Assembly (NCBI GenBank): GCA_963666735.1
Contig: OY762926.1
Coordinates: forward strand, 3,552,001 to 3,616,000
Length of the DNA stretch: 64,000 nucleotides
DNA from: Gemmatimonadota bacterium
Lineage (GTDB): Bacteria; Gemmatimonadota; Gemmatimonadetes; Palauibacterales; Palauibacteraceae
Reading direction: 5' to 3'
The notes below the pieces were generated by a model. That model made no database searches. It was given only the letters and a program-made list of their open reading frames with translations, and was not told the origin of the DNA. Both the position numbers and the translations under genes were made by a program. Each line of letters begins with the position of its first letter. Within the stretch, counting starts at the first letter, position 1. Below, one piece after another: positions 18,617 to 25,968 of this stretch.

Positions 18617-19882
18617 TCAGCTCGAGGACGTGAGCCTCGCTCGCACCACGTGCTGGACACCGAGCGCGTCGGTGACGATGGCCCAGAACTCATCGCCGCG
18701 GACGATGGTCGGCAGGAAGGGCAGGGCATTGAGCGCCGTAGCGGTCGCCGTCCCGGCATAGGTCCCGTCCGCCGAGAAAACGTCCCAGGTCGCCTCCTCG
18801 CCCGTCAAAGGAATGCGGACCCAGATATCGCCTTCCGCCGAGGTGAAGAGGTTGAGGATGGAGGGCTTGACGTCGGGGATCTTGGACCAGTCGCGGTCGG
18901 TGTCGGCACCCTGCTCCCGGAGGCGTTCCCGGATCCCCTCGATCGCCGCGTCCCGCTCTGCGCGCGAGACGGAGATGTGAGGTTTCCGAGCCTCCACAAT
19001 CAGCGCCGTGTCTCCGGCCAGGTGCCGCCGCGCAATGCGGTAGCCGGCCGGTTCAGTCTCGTGAGCGCCGATCCAGACCGTCCCCTCGCGATCATAGTAC
19101 CGGACGCCTCGGGGATAGTAGGGGACACCCATGAAGCCGGAGCGGCTCCCGTCACGGGACTGCCAGGCGAAACTGGAGGGAGTGGCGTCTTCCCCCTGCT
19201 GTAGGGCCTCCCGGGCCGAGAGCCCCCTGCTTCCCTCGTCGGGCCGGGAGAACGACTCCACGAGTTCCATGTTCAGGTCGTAGACCTCGAAGCCCTGCCG
19301 CGACCGGGTGGGACGCACGATCCGGCCATCCGCCGTCATGGTACCCTGCCAGATGTAGGCGTAGAAGGCGAAGTTGTGGCGGAAGGACTCCACGAACCCG
19401 CTCTCCGGATCGAACACCGACAGTCGGCCGTTGGACGGGTCCGTGACCCAGAGGCGGCCGTCCGGATCGAGCATGAGCCCGTGGGCGCCGCGGAGTTCGC
19501 CGGGGCCTTCTCCCTCACCACCGTAGGTGGCCCGGTGCGAGCCGTCCGCCGCGAACACGCGGACTTCCTGCGCCTGCGAGTCCAGCACCGCGAACACGCC
19601 ATCGGGCAGCACGACCAGCCCCCTCAGTTCGCCGAAGACGTCGGGGCCGTCTCCGTCTGCGGATCCGACCCGAAGCTCTTCGACAAGCGTCCAGGTCGGC
19701 GGCGGATCGTCGGGAAGCGTGTTCGTGACGCGCTCGATGCCCGAGGGCAGCGTGTCTCTGGTCGCGACCGCGCCGACACTCGTTGGTCGCTGTGGATCGC
19801 AGGCGGTCGCGACGAACGTCAGGCCCGCGGTCGCGGCCGACACCAGCGCGTTCCGGATTCTTTTTGTGCTCCGTGCCGCCAA
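18617..19882 (-). CDS. 6-bladed beta-propeller (NHL-like) lipoprotein
   Basis: Lipobox ATAC; ELRVGSADGDGPDVFG, GGEGEGPGEL, LWVTDPSNGRLSVFD repeats. Confidence 0.8.
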   Translation of the reverse strand: MAARSTKRIRNALVSAATAGLTFVATACDPQRPTSVGAVATRDTLPSGIERVTNTLPDDPPPTWTLVEELRVGSADGDGPDVFGELRGLVVLPDGVFAVLDSQAQEVRVFAADGSHRATYGGEGEGPGELRGAHGLMLDPDGRLWVTDPSNGRLSVFDPESGFVESFRHNFAFYAYIWQGTMTADGRIVRPTRSRQGFEVYDLNMELVESFSRPDEGSRGLSAREALQQGEDATPSSFAWQSRDGSRSGFMGVPYYPRGVRYYDREGTVWIGAHETEPAGYRIARRHLAGDTALIVEARKPHISVSRAERDAAIEGIRERLREQGADTDRDWSKIPDVKPSILNLFTSAEGDIWVRIPLTGEEATWDVFSADGTYAGTATATALNALPFLPTIVRGDEFWAIVTDALGVQHVVRARLTSSS

Positions 19883-19985
19883 TTCCCCGCTCCTCGGTGA
19901 GGGTCTCGGAAAGTAGGACCGACGAGCCGCGTTTTGGTTCCCCGCCGCCCCGGGAAAGGCGTGTCAGGCGCTGGTGACGGGGGTC

Positions 19986-20534
19986 TCAGACGCCGAGGAC
20001 GGGGCCCGCCAGTGCGCGCAGGTCCCGTCGGTGCTGCGGATCAAGTTGGCGGAGATGCTGGCGGAGCTCGAGCGTTGCGTTGATCGCCCCCCGTACATGG
20101 CCGCCGGAAGACCAGGTGGTCCCGTTCATCGCCGCGCTGAGCCAGTCTTTCACATCGGACCAGCGCCAGAACCTGTACCGGCTGCCGGGGTCATTCGCCG
20201 GCGGCGGAAACCCACCCGGTCCGCGGGCGCCGGTCACCCACAGTCGGACACACTCGCGGGACCGCCCGATACGCGCCGCGATCTCGGACATCGAGAGCAG
20301 GTCCAGATCGTCGACCCGAACTACCCGGAGGCCTTCAACCGACTCGGCATGCGCAATCGCGGATAGAATCGCTGCGTCGAGCTTCGGCGCCTCGCGGGAA
20401 AAATCCATGACCTGGATCCCATCCGTGGTGCCAATGGTCGCATCGTCGCAGCCCGCTTCGTAGAGGGCATCGAACACGTCCGGATCGTGGATATCCACTC
20501 CCTCGACGATCAGCGTAAGGCTATGGGTCGTCAT
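19986..20534 (-). CDS. HicB-like antitoxin with C-terminal HTH (unit D, orphan)
   Basis: MTTHSLTLIVEG...ALYEAGCDDA...MDFSREA...LSMSEIAARIGRSRECVRLW...FPPP...WRWSDV; paralog of units A and B. Confidence 0.75.
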   Translation of the reverse strand: MTTHSLTLIVEGVDIHDPDVFDALYEAGCDDATIGTTDGIQVMDFSREAPKLDAAILSAIAHAESVEGLRVVRVDDLDLLSMSEIAARIGRSRECVRLWVTGARGPGGFPPPANDPGSRYRFWRWSDVKDWLSAAMNGTTWSSGGHVRGAINATLELRQHLRQLDPQHRRDLRALAGPVLGV

Positions 20535-20631
20535 TTCTCTGCTTCCTTTCCTCCTCCGTGATGACGACCATGGGCGGAATGTCTGTGTCTCGGCGGGATC
20601 TGGCGAAGGGACGGTGGTCGAAGGCCGGCGG

Positions 20632-20913
20632 TCAACCCCCGAGGACAGGGCCGGTGAGGGCGCGCACGCCGGATCGATCCTTCGGCTGGGCGATGCGTTC
20701 GACCCGAACGCCTTCAACCGTCTCGATATCTCTGACCGCCGAGAAGATTGCCTCGTCGAGGGTCGCGGCCTCGCGGGTAAAGTCCATGTACTGGGTCCCG
20801 TCCTTGCTTCTGAGCAGGGCGTCGTCGCACCCGGCTTCATACAGGGCGTCGAACACGTCATCCTCGTGGATGTCGCGCCCTTCGATGATGAGCGTGAAGT
20901 CATGGTTTGCCAT
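20632..20913 (-). CDS. Short HicB-like antitoxin lacking the HTH domain (unit C)
   Basis: MANHDFTLIIEG...ALYEAGCDDA...MDFTREA...VERI joined directly to the shared C-terminal tail RALTGPVLGG. Confidence 0.7.
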   Translation of the reverse strand: MANHDFTLIIEGRDIHEDDVFDALYEAGCDDALLRSKDGTQYMDFTREAATLDEAIFSAVRDIETVEGVRVERIAQPKDRSGVRALTGPVLGG

Positions 20914-20927
20914 TCGAAGGTGTCCCC

Positions 20928-21161
20928 TCACCGTGGGTGATCGCATTTTCTGATTGCTTGCCGGAGATGCTTGGCGAAGTTGCCCGGGTTACGCGGCGTC
21001 GACGCGATGGGAATCCGACACCTCGACGTCCCGGCTGACGGGCAGCGCAACTCGCCCCAGCGATGTCCCGATGCCGTCGGTATCACGGTCCAACCGGCTT
21101 TGCGGGCGATGGCCAGCGCCTTCTCGATGTCCTTCTTCGGATGCCTCCGGAGCCTGATCAT
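20928..21161 (-). CDS. HicA-like putative toxin (unit C)
   Basis: 77 aa basic protein: HPKKDIEKAL..ARKAGW..SGHRWG..CP..STPRNP. Confidence 0.7.
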   Translation of the reverse strand: MIRLRRHPKKDIEKALAIARKAGWTVIPTASGHRWGELRCPSAGTSRCRIPIASTPRNPGNFAKHLRQAIRKCDHPR

Positions 21162-21251
21162 GCCCCACGGTGTTGTATCGTGTCAACGCGATATCAACGG
21201 GATAGCATGAAGGAGACGGGAAGGCGGGTCAGGCACCGGGGACGGAGTGGG

Positions 21252-21800
21252 TCAGCCGCCGAGGGCGGACCCGGCCAGGGCGCGCAGGTCCGGGCGGTCC
21301 CGCGGATCGAGTTGGCGGAAGTGGTGGCGAAGTTCGAGCGCCGCGTTGATCGCCGCCCGCAGGTGATCCTGGGATGACCACGGTTCGCCTCCGAGGACTC
21401 CCCTCAGCCAGCCCTCCACGTCGGACCAGCGCCAGAACCGGTACCGGTCGTGAGGACTGTTGAGGGGCGCCGGGAATCCGCCCGGTCCCCGCTTTCCGAG
21501 CACCCACAGCCGGACGCACTCGCGCGAGCGCCCGATCCGGGCCGCGATCTCGGACATCGACACGAGATCGAGGTCCGCGATCCGAACCACCCGGAGACCG
21601 TCGACCGATTCGGCATCCGCGATGGCCGAGGAGATCGCTTCGTAAAAGCTCGCTGCCTTGCGGCTGAAGTCCATGACTGGGATTCCGACGGTGGTTCCGA
21701 TCAGCGCGTCGTCGCAGCCGGCTTCGTAGAGGGCGTCGAACACGTCCGGATCGTGTATATCCACTCCCTCGACGACCAGCGTAAAGCTATGGGTTGTCAT
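21252..21800 (-). CDS. HicB-like antitoxin with C-terminal HTH (unit B)
   Basis: ATG 21800 overlaps the toxin stop (ATGA); same motifs as units A and D. Confidence 0.78.
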   Translation of the reverse strand: MTTHSFTLVVEGVDIHDPDVFDALYEAGCDDALIGTTVGIPVMDFSRKAASFYEAISSAIADAESVDGLRVVRIADLDLVSMSEIAARIGRSRECVRLWVLGKRGPGGFPAPLNSPHDRYRFWRWSDVEGWLRGVLGGEPWSSQDHLRAAINAALELRHHFRQLDPRDRPDLRALAGSALGG

Positions 21801-22048
21801 TTCTTTACGTCCTGTCCTCCTCCGTGAGGGCATCGGCGCACGGTCTCCCGCAGATCTCTGGAATAGTCACCAGGGTTCCGCGGCGTGGAAGCGATGAACT
21901 TCCGGCAGGCGCTCCTTCGGGTCGCCGGGCAGTACATCACGCCCCAGCTATGCCCGGAGGATTTCGGTATGACCGTCCACCCGGCTCTTCGTGCGACGGC
22001 CAGCGCTTTCTCGATGTCCTTCTTCGGATGCCTCGGGAGCCTGATCAT
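21797..22048 (-). CDS. HicA-like putative toxin (unit B)
   Basis: 83 aa paralog with GW..SGHSWG..YCP..STPRNP. Confidence 0.72.
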   Translation of the reverse strand: MIRLPRHPKKDIEKALAVARRAGWTVIPKSSGHSWGVMYCPATRRSACRKFIASTPRNPGDYSRDLRETVRRCPHGGGQDVKK

Positions 22049-22138
22049 GCCCCACGGTGTTGTATCGTGTCAACGCGATATCAACGGGATAGCATGAAGG
22101 AGACGGGAAGGCGGGTCAGGCGCCGGGGACGGAGTGGG

Positions 22139-22687
22139 TCAGCCGCCGAGGGCCGAACCGGCGAGGGCGCGCAGGTCCGGGCGGTCCCGCGGATCGAGTT
22201 GGCGGAAGTGGTGGCGCAGTTCGAGCGCCGCGTTGATCGCCGCCCGCAGGTGATCCCGGGATGACCACGGTTCGCCTCCGAGGACTCCTCTCAGCCAGCC
22301 CTCCACGTCGGACCAGCGCCAGAACCGGTACCGGTCGTGAGGACTGTTGAGGGGCGCCGGGAATCCGCCCGGTCCCCGCTTTCCGAGCACCCACAGCCGG
22401 ACGCACTCGCGCGAGCGCCCGATCCGGGCCGCGATCTCGGACATCGACACGAGATCGAGGTCCGCGATCCGAACCACCCGGAGACCGTCAACCGATTCGG
22501 CATCCGCGATGGCGGAGGAGATCGCTTCGCAGAAGCTCGCAGCTTCGCGGTCGAAATCCATGACCGGGATACCGTTCGTGATGCCTATGGCCGCATCATC
22601 GCATCCGGCTTCGTAAAGGGCGTTGAACACCTGCGGATCGTCCATTTCCACGCCCTCGACGATCAGCGTGAAGCTGTGGGTCGTCAT
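22139..22687 (-). CDS. HicB-like antitoxin with C-terminal HTH (unit A)
   Basis: ATG 22687 overlaps the toxin stop (ATGA); 182 aa. Confidence 0.78.
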   Translation of the reverse strand: MTTHSFTLIVEGVEMDDPQVFNALYEAGCDDAAIGITNGIPVMDFDREAASFCEAISSAIADAESVDGLRVVRIADLDLVSMSEIAARIGRSRECVRLWVLGKRGPGGFPAPLNSPHDRYRFWRWSDVEGWLRGVLGGEPWSSRDHLRAAINAALELRHHFRQLDPRDRPDLRALAGSALGG

Positions 22688-22935
22688 TTCTCGACTTCTC
22701 GTCTCTCTCCGTGATGACATCGGCGCACAACCTGTCGGAGTCGCTTGGCATGATCGACGGGGTTCCGCGGCGTGGACCAGATCGGCATCCGGCAGCGGGG
22801 CGGGACGGTCGCCGGGCAGTACATCACGCCCCAGTTGTGCCCGGAGGATTCCGGTATGACCGTCCACCCGGCTTTGCGGGCGACGTCCAGCGCCTTCTCG
22901 ATGTCTTTCTTCGGATGCCTCCGGAGCCTGATCAT
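22684..22935 (-). CDS. HicA-like putative toxin (unit A)
   Basis: 83 aa paralog with GW..SGHNWG..YCP..WSTPRNP. Confidence 0.72.
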   Translation of the reverse strand: MIRLRRHPKKDIEKALDVARKAGWTVIPESSGHNWGVMYCPATVPPRCRMPIWSTPRNPVDHAKRLRQVVRRCHHGERREVEK

Positions 22936-22940
22936 GCCCC

Positions 22941-22966
22941 ACGGTGTTGCGTCGTGTCAACACCGT
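22941..22966. promoter_or_regulatory. Candidate antitoxin operator (inverted repeat); degenerate copies at 22054-22079 and 21167-21192
   Basis: acggtgttg-N8-caacaccgt perfect 9-bp inverted repeat 5 nt upstream of the toxin ATG; the left arm and caac core are conserved before the other two toxins. Confidence 0.55.
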
Positions 22967-23042
22967 ATCAACAGGCATTCGCGAGCGAATGGCATGGTCG
23001 TCGAGCGACTGCCCGGCGTCGCGCATCGTCGACTGCTTCGCG

Positions 23043-23507
23043 TCAGCCTTTCTCGTCTCTGCCAAAGCGGCGCGCGAGCCAGCTGTCCAGGCTCAGATGG
23101 TCGTTCTCGAACAGGATGAGGACGATGACGAGCAGCAGCGTGCGCGGGATCACGTGCGCGCTGAAGACATAGAGCGGTTCGGCGAGCAGGTGGCCGAAGG
23201 TGACGAGGATGAGGACGCCGCCCAGCCCCAGCGCGGCGGCCTCGCGCCGCCAGCCCACCAGCATCAGCGCCCCGCAGACCAGTTCCACGAACGGGATCGC
23301 GACCCCGGCGGCCCACAGCGACCAGGCGGGGAGGAACGTGTCGGCGTAGGCCTCCACGAACAGACCCCGCGCGTGCTGGACGGCCCCGAGTTCGAACACC
23401 TTCCAGAACCCGGCCATGAAGAAGATGAGGCCAAGGATGGTCCGCGCCACGAATGCGGCCCAACTCTTCGGTGCGACTACGCCCGGCGGAGTTCGGCCCG
23501 GCGTCAT
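23043..23507 (-). CDS. DoxX family membrane protein
   Basis: ARTILGLIFFMAGFWK...PFVELVCGALMLVG...LSLD; four hydrophobic segments. Confidence 0.85.
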   Translation of the reverse strand: MTPGRTPPGVVAPKSWAAFVARTILGLIFFMAGFWKVFELGAVQHARGLFVEAYADTFLPAWSLWAAGVAIPFVELVCGALMLVGWRREAAALGLGGVLILVTFGHLLAEPLYVFSAHVIPRTLLLVIVLILFENDHLSLDSWLARRFGRDEKG

Positions 23508-25771
23508 CTCGCCTTGTCCGGCGTCTTGCCCGGCGCGGCCGAGACCGCCGCCGCCAGCCGTGCGATGAGGGAGAGGGGCGCTTCATCCCGCTCGCCGGCG
23601 GGCGCGAGCCGCACAAGGGAACGCATGCGGGACACATCCTCGGCGTACTCCGCGAGCCGCCGCTCGTAGCTGGCCCGGTTCTTGGTGCAGATCAGCGTAT
23701 AGGGACGGCCCCGGCGCTCGGTCACATGGTAGAGGTCGAGACCGTGGTCGTCGATCTGGCGGTGCAGGTGGCGGCGCAGATCCTTCCGCAGCGGGAAGCG
23801 CGCCGAGCGGGCGGCGGAGTCTTCGCAGAATGCGCGGAGGTTGGCGCAGTGCTCGCAATCGCACGAAAAGTTCGCCGCGACCGTCCGGTCGCGCGGAGCC
23901 ACCGGCGGCTCGGAACTGCGCGCGAGGAGGGCATCCGCCGCCACCCGCCACAGGTACGCGTAGGCATCCGTGTCGGCCACGCCTTCGCGTTCCCGCATGT
24001 CGGCCAGCGCCGCCGGGAGCACGCGCTCGGGGGCTACCTCCTCCGGATGGCCGGCGATCGCGCGAGCCGCCGTCTCGGCCTCCTCCGCAAGCCCGAAGCG
24101 GTGGGCCAGGATCAACAGATCTCGCACCGCCTCGCGGTCGAACGGCTCGGCGGGCGGCTGGTAGAAATTCGGTGTCGGCCGGGTGTCGGCCGCCCGGGCG
24201 CCAAACGCGGCGGGCAGGCCGAGCAGTACCGCTCTCACGCCGTCCCGCGCCACGTCGCACCACGCCGCCGCCGGAGCGCCGCCCGGCGTCTCGCCGACGA
24301 GAGCGAGGAACGATGGGACCGCCTTCGGACGGAGCGCGAGGTGTTCCCGCACGAGGGCGGACACCACGTCGGCGGCGGCCGCCGGCCCGAGCATGCCCAT
24401 GACGTCGGCCAGGGCTTCGTTCTCGCTGCCGTCGTAGCGCGGGAGAACGACGCGGCGCGCGAAGCGTGCGACGCTCTCGGCGTCGTCCGCCGCTGCGAGG
24501 AAGCGAAGCATTTCCGCCCGTCCGGCGCCATCGCTGTGGCCGCTCGCCACGATGTCCACCGTCTTGGAGCGAGCCCAAACCACGAACGCGGCCAGACGAT
24601 ATGTAAGCGTCAGCGAGGCCCCTTCGTTGCCGGTCGATTCCTCCAGACGCCGCTCATCCGGCTCGGCGTCGTCGAGCGCATCCCGGGGCAGGAGTTCGAG
24701 GTCGTTGAGCGGCACATGCCCGAACGGCGGGCGGCTCCCGTCCCGCGCGCTCCACCCATCGAGCCTCCGCCAGACCTTGCTCACCTCCTCGAATTCCGAA
24801 TCGCTGTGTTCGGCCTCCCACGAGCCGCCCCATCCGCCATCGTGTACGTTCAGCAAGGGCAGGCCGAATTCATCGATGTGGAGAACCGCCGCGTGCAGTT
24901 CGCAGCCCGCCCGGTCCGCGGCGGGTGACAGAACGCGCGCCCGGGTCGCGTCGACCCCCTTCAGCGCCTCGAAGGACAATCCTTCCTCGCTGTATTCGTG
25001 ATCGAGAACCCACACGAGCTTGTCCGTCACCCCCTCCTTCCGCCAAGCCGACAGACTCTCGGCGGCCCGGTCGGCCAGAGCGGCATAGTCGGGCGCCAGC
25101 GGCGGCGACTCGCCCGCGGAGCGGAGACACAGGTTGAAGACGAGCGATATCCGGTACCCGCCGGTCACGGGCCGCACCTCGTGCGGGCAGTCGGCGTAGA
25201 ACGCCGCGAAGGCCACCTCCGATGGTTCCTCCGCGTTCATGTCGAAGACGGTTTCGCGGTTGCCGTGGCGAACGACCAGTTCGCCCCCGGCGCCATGCAC
25301 CGGTAGGGAGACGGACAGCGTCCCGACCATGCCGTCGCTTTTTTCCGTATCGCGGTGCGTCGAAAAGAAGCCTCCGGGCTCGTAGACGAGCAGTTTGTAG
25401 AGTTCGGCGTCGAGGAGGTCGGAAGAGAGACCGAGGCCGCGCGCGACGCGGTCCATGACCTCGTCAAGGGAAACCCGCCATCCCCGGCCGGCAAGGTGGA
25501 TCTTGTCGGCGTCGATCTGCCGGCAGTCGCGGACCGAAGTGTCCACCAGCGTCTTCGGTCCCTTTCCGTACGGCGCGCGGTGCGAGGCGGCGACCAGCGC
25601 CCGTAACTGGGATTCGGGCACGGGAAACGACAGGTCGCCGACGCCCTCCACGGCAAGTACCGGCATCGCCGCGTAAAGCCGCCCGCCGACGCAATAGTCG
25701 CCTGGGCGTTTGATCGAGAGGAGAAACTCCTCCAATCCGCCATCGTTCAAACCGTGTTCGCTGTCGGCCAT
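23504..25771 (-). CDS. Large 2OG-Fe(II) oxygenase superfamily protein
   Basis: APYGKG..TLVDTSVR, LYKLLVYEPGGFF..HRDTEK (HxD), AFYADCPHEVRPVTGGYRISL (distal His and Arg); C-terminal CxCxxC; start ATG 25771. Confidence 0.85.
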   Translation of the reverse strand: MADSEHGLNDGGLEEFLLSIKRPGDYCVGGRLYAAMPVLAVEGVGDLSFPVPESQLRALVAASHRAPYGKGPKTLVDTSVRDCRQIDADKIHLAGRGWRVSLDEVMDRVARGLGLSSDLLDAELYKLLVYEPGGFFSTHRDTEKSDGMVGTLSVSLPVHGAGGELVVRHGNRETVFDMNAEEPSEVAFAAFYADCPHEVRPVTGGYRISLVFNLCLRSAGESPPLAPDYAALADRAAESLSAWRKEGVTDKLVWVLDHEYSEEGLSFEALKGVDATRARVLSPAADRAGCELHAAVLHIDEFGLPLLNVHDGGWGGSWEAEHSDSEFEEVSKVWRRLDGWSARDGSRPPFGHVPLNDLELLPRDALDDAEPDERRLEESTGNEGASLTLTYRLAAFVVWARSKTVDIVASGHSDGAGRAEMLRFLAAADDAESVARFARRVVLPRYDGSENEALADVMGMLGPAAAADVVSALVREHLALRPKAVPSFLALVGETPGGAPAAAWCDVARDGVRAVLLGLPAAFGARAADTRPTPNFYQPPAEPFDREAVRDLLILAHRFGLAEEAETAARAIAGHPEEVAPERVLPAALADMREREGVADTDAYAYLWRVAADALLARSSEPPVAPRDRTVAANFSCDCEHCANLRAFCEDSAARSARFPLRKDLRRHLHRQIDDHGLDLYHVTERRGRPYTLICTKNRASYERRLAEYAEDVSRMRSLVRLAPAGERDEAPLSLIARLAAAVSAAPGKTPDKAR

Positions 25772-25890
25772 GCGTCTCCCCTGTCCCAAATCGAAATTCG
25801 AGCGACAAGGATGATGCTGGACGGCGCGCCACGCGACCTGTTCCGCCATCCCGCGCTCGGATTCGACGGCTGAGACCGGCTTCACTCCTC

Positions 25891-25952
25891 TTGCATCCCG
25901 TTTCGAACCGCCTAGATTGGCCGGTCCAATTTTCGGTTTTTCTTCGATTTTT
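25891..25952 (+). promoter_or_regulatory. Candidate sigma70 promoter and operators for imuB-dnaE2
   Basis: TTGCAT-N16-TAGATT; overlapping palindrome ATTGG-N5-CCAAT (25916-25930); TTCG-N7-TTCG direct repeat (25932-25946) in an AT-rich patch. Confidence 0.4.
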
Positions 25953-25968
25953 GGATGGAAAGGGTCGC

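Larger units (their letters stand above)
19951..22975 (-). repeat. Tandem array of HicA-like/HicB-like-HTH modules, 887-bp period
   Basis: Toxin starts at 21161, 22048, 22935 (exactly 887 apart); 21162-21640 and 22049-22527 nearly identical; degenerate fourth unit down to about 19951. Confidence 0.9.

Noticed and set aside
21162..22975. Repeated intergenic element as a CRISPR repeat or integron attC site
   Set aside because: Repeats are hundreds of bp and include coding sequence; no cas genes or integrase; I could not identify a convincing attC R''/R' structure
19951..22975. Diversity-generating retroelement as source of the TA variation
   Set aside because: No reverse transcriptase in the window and differences are not adenine-specific
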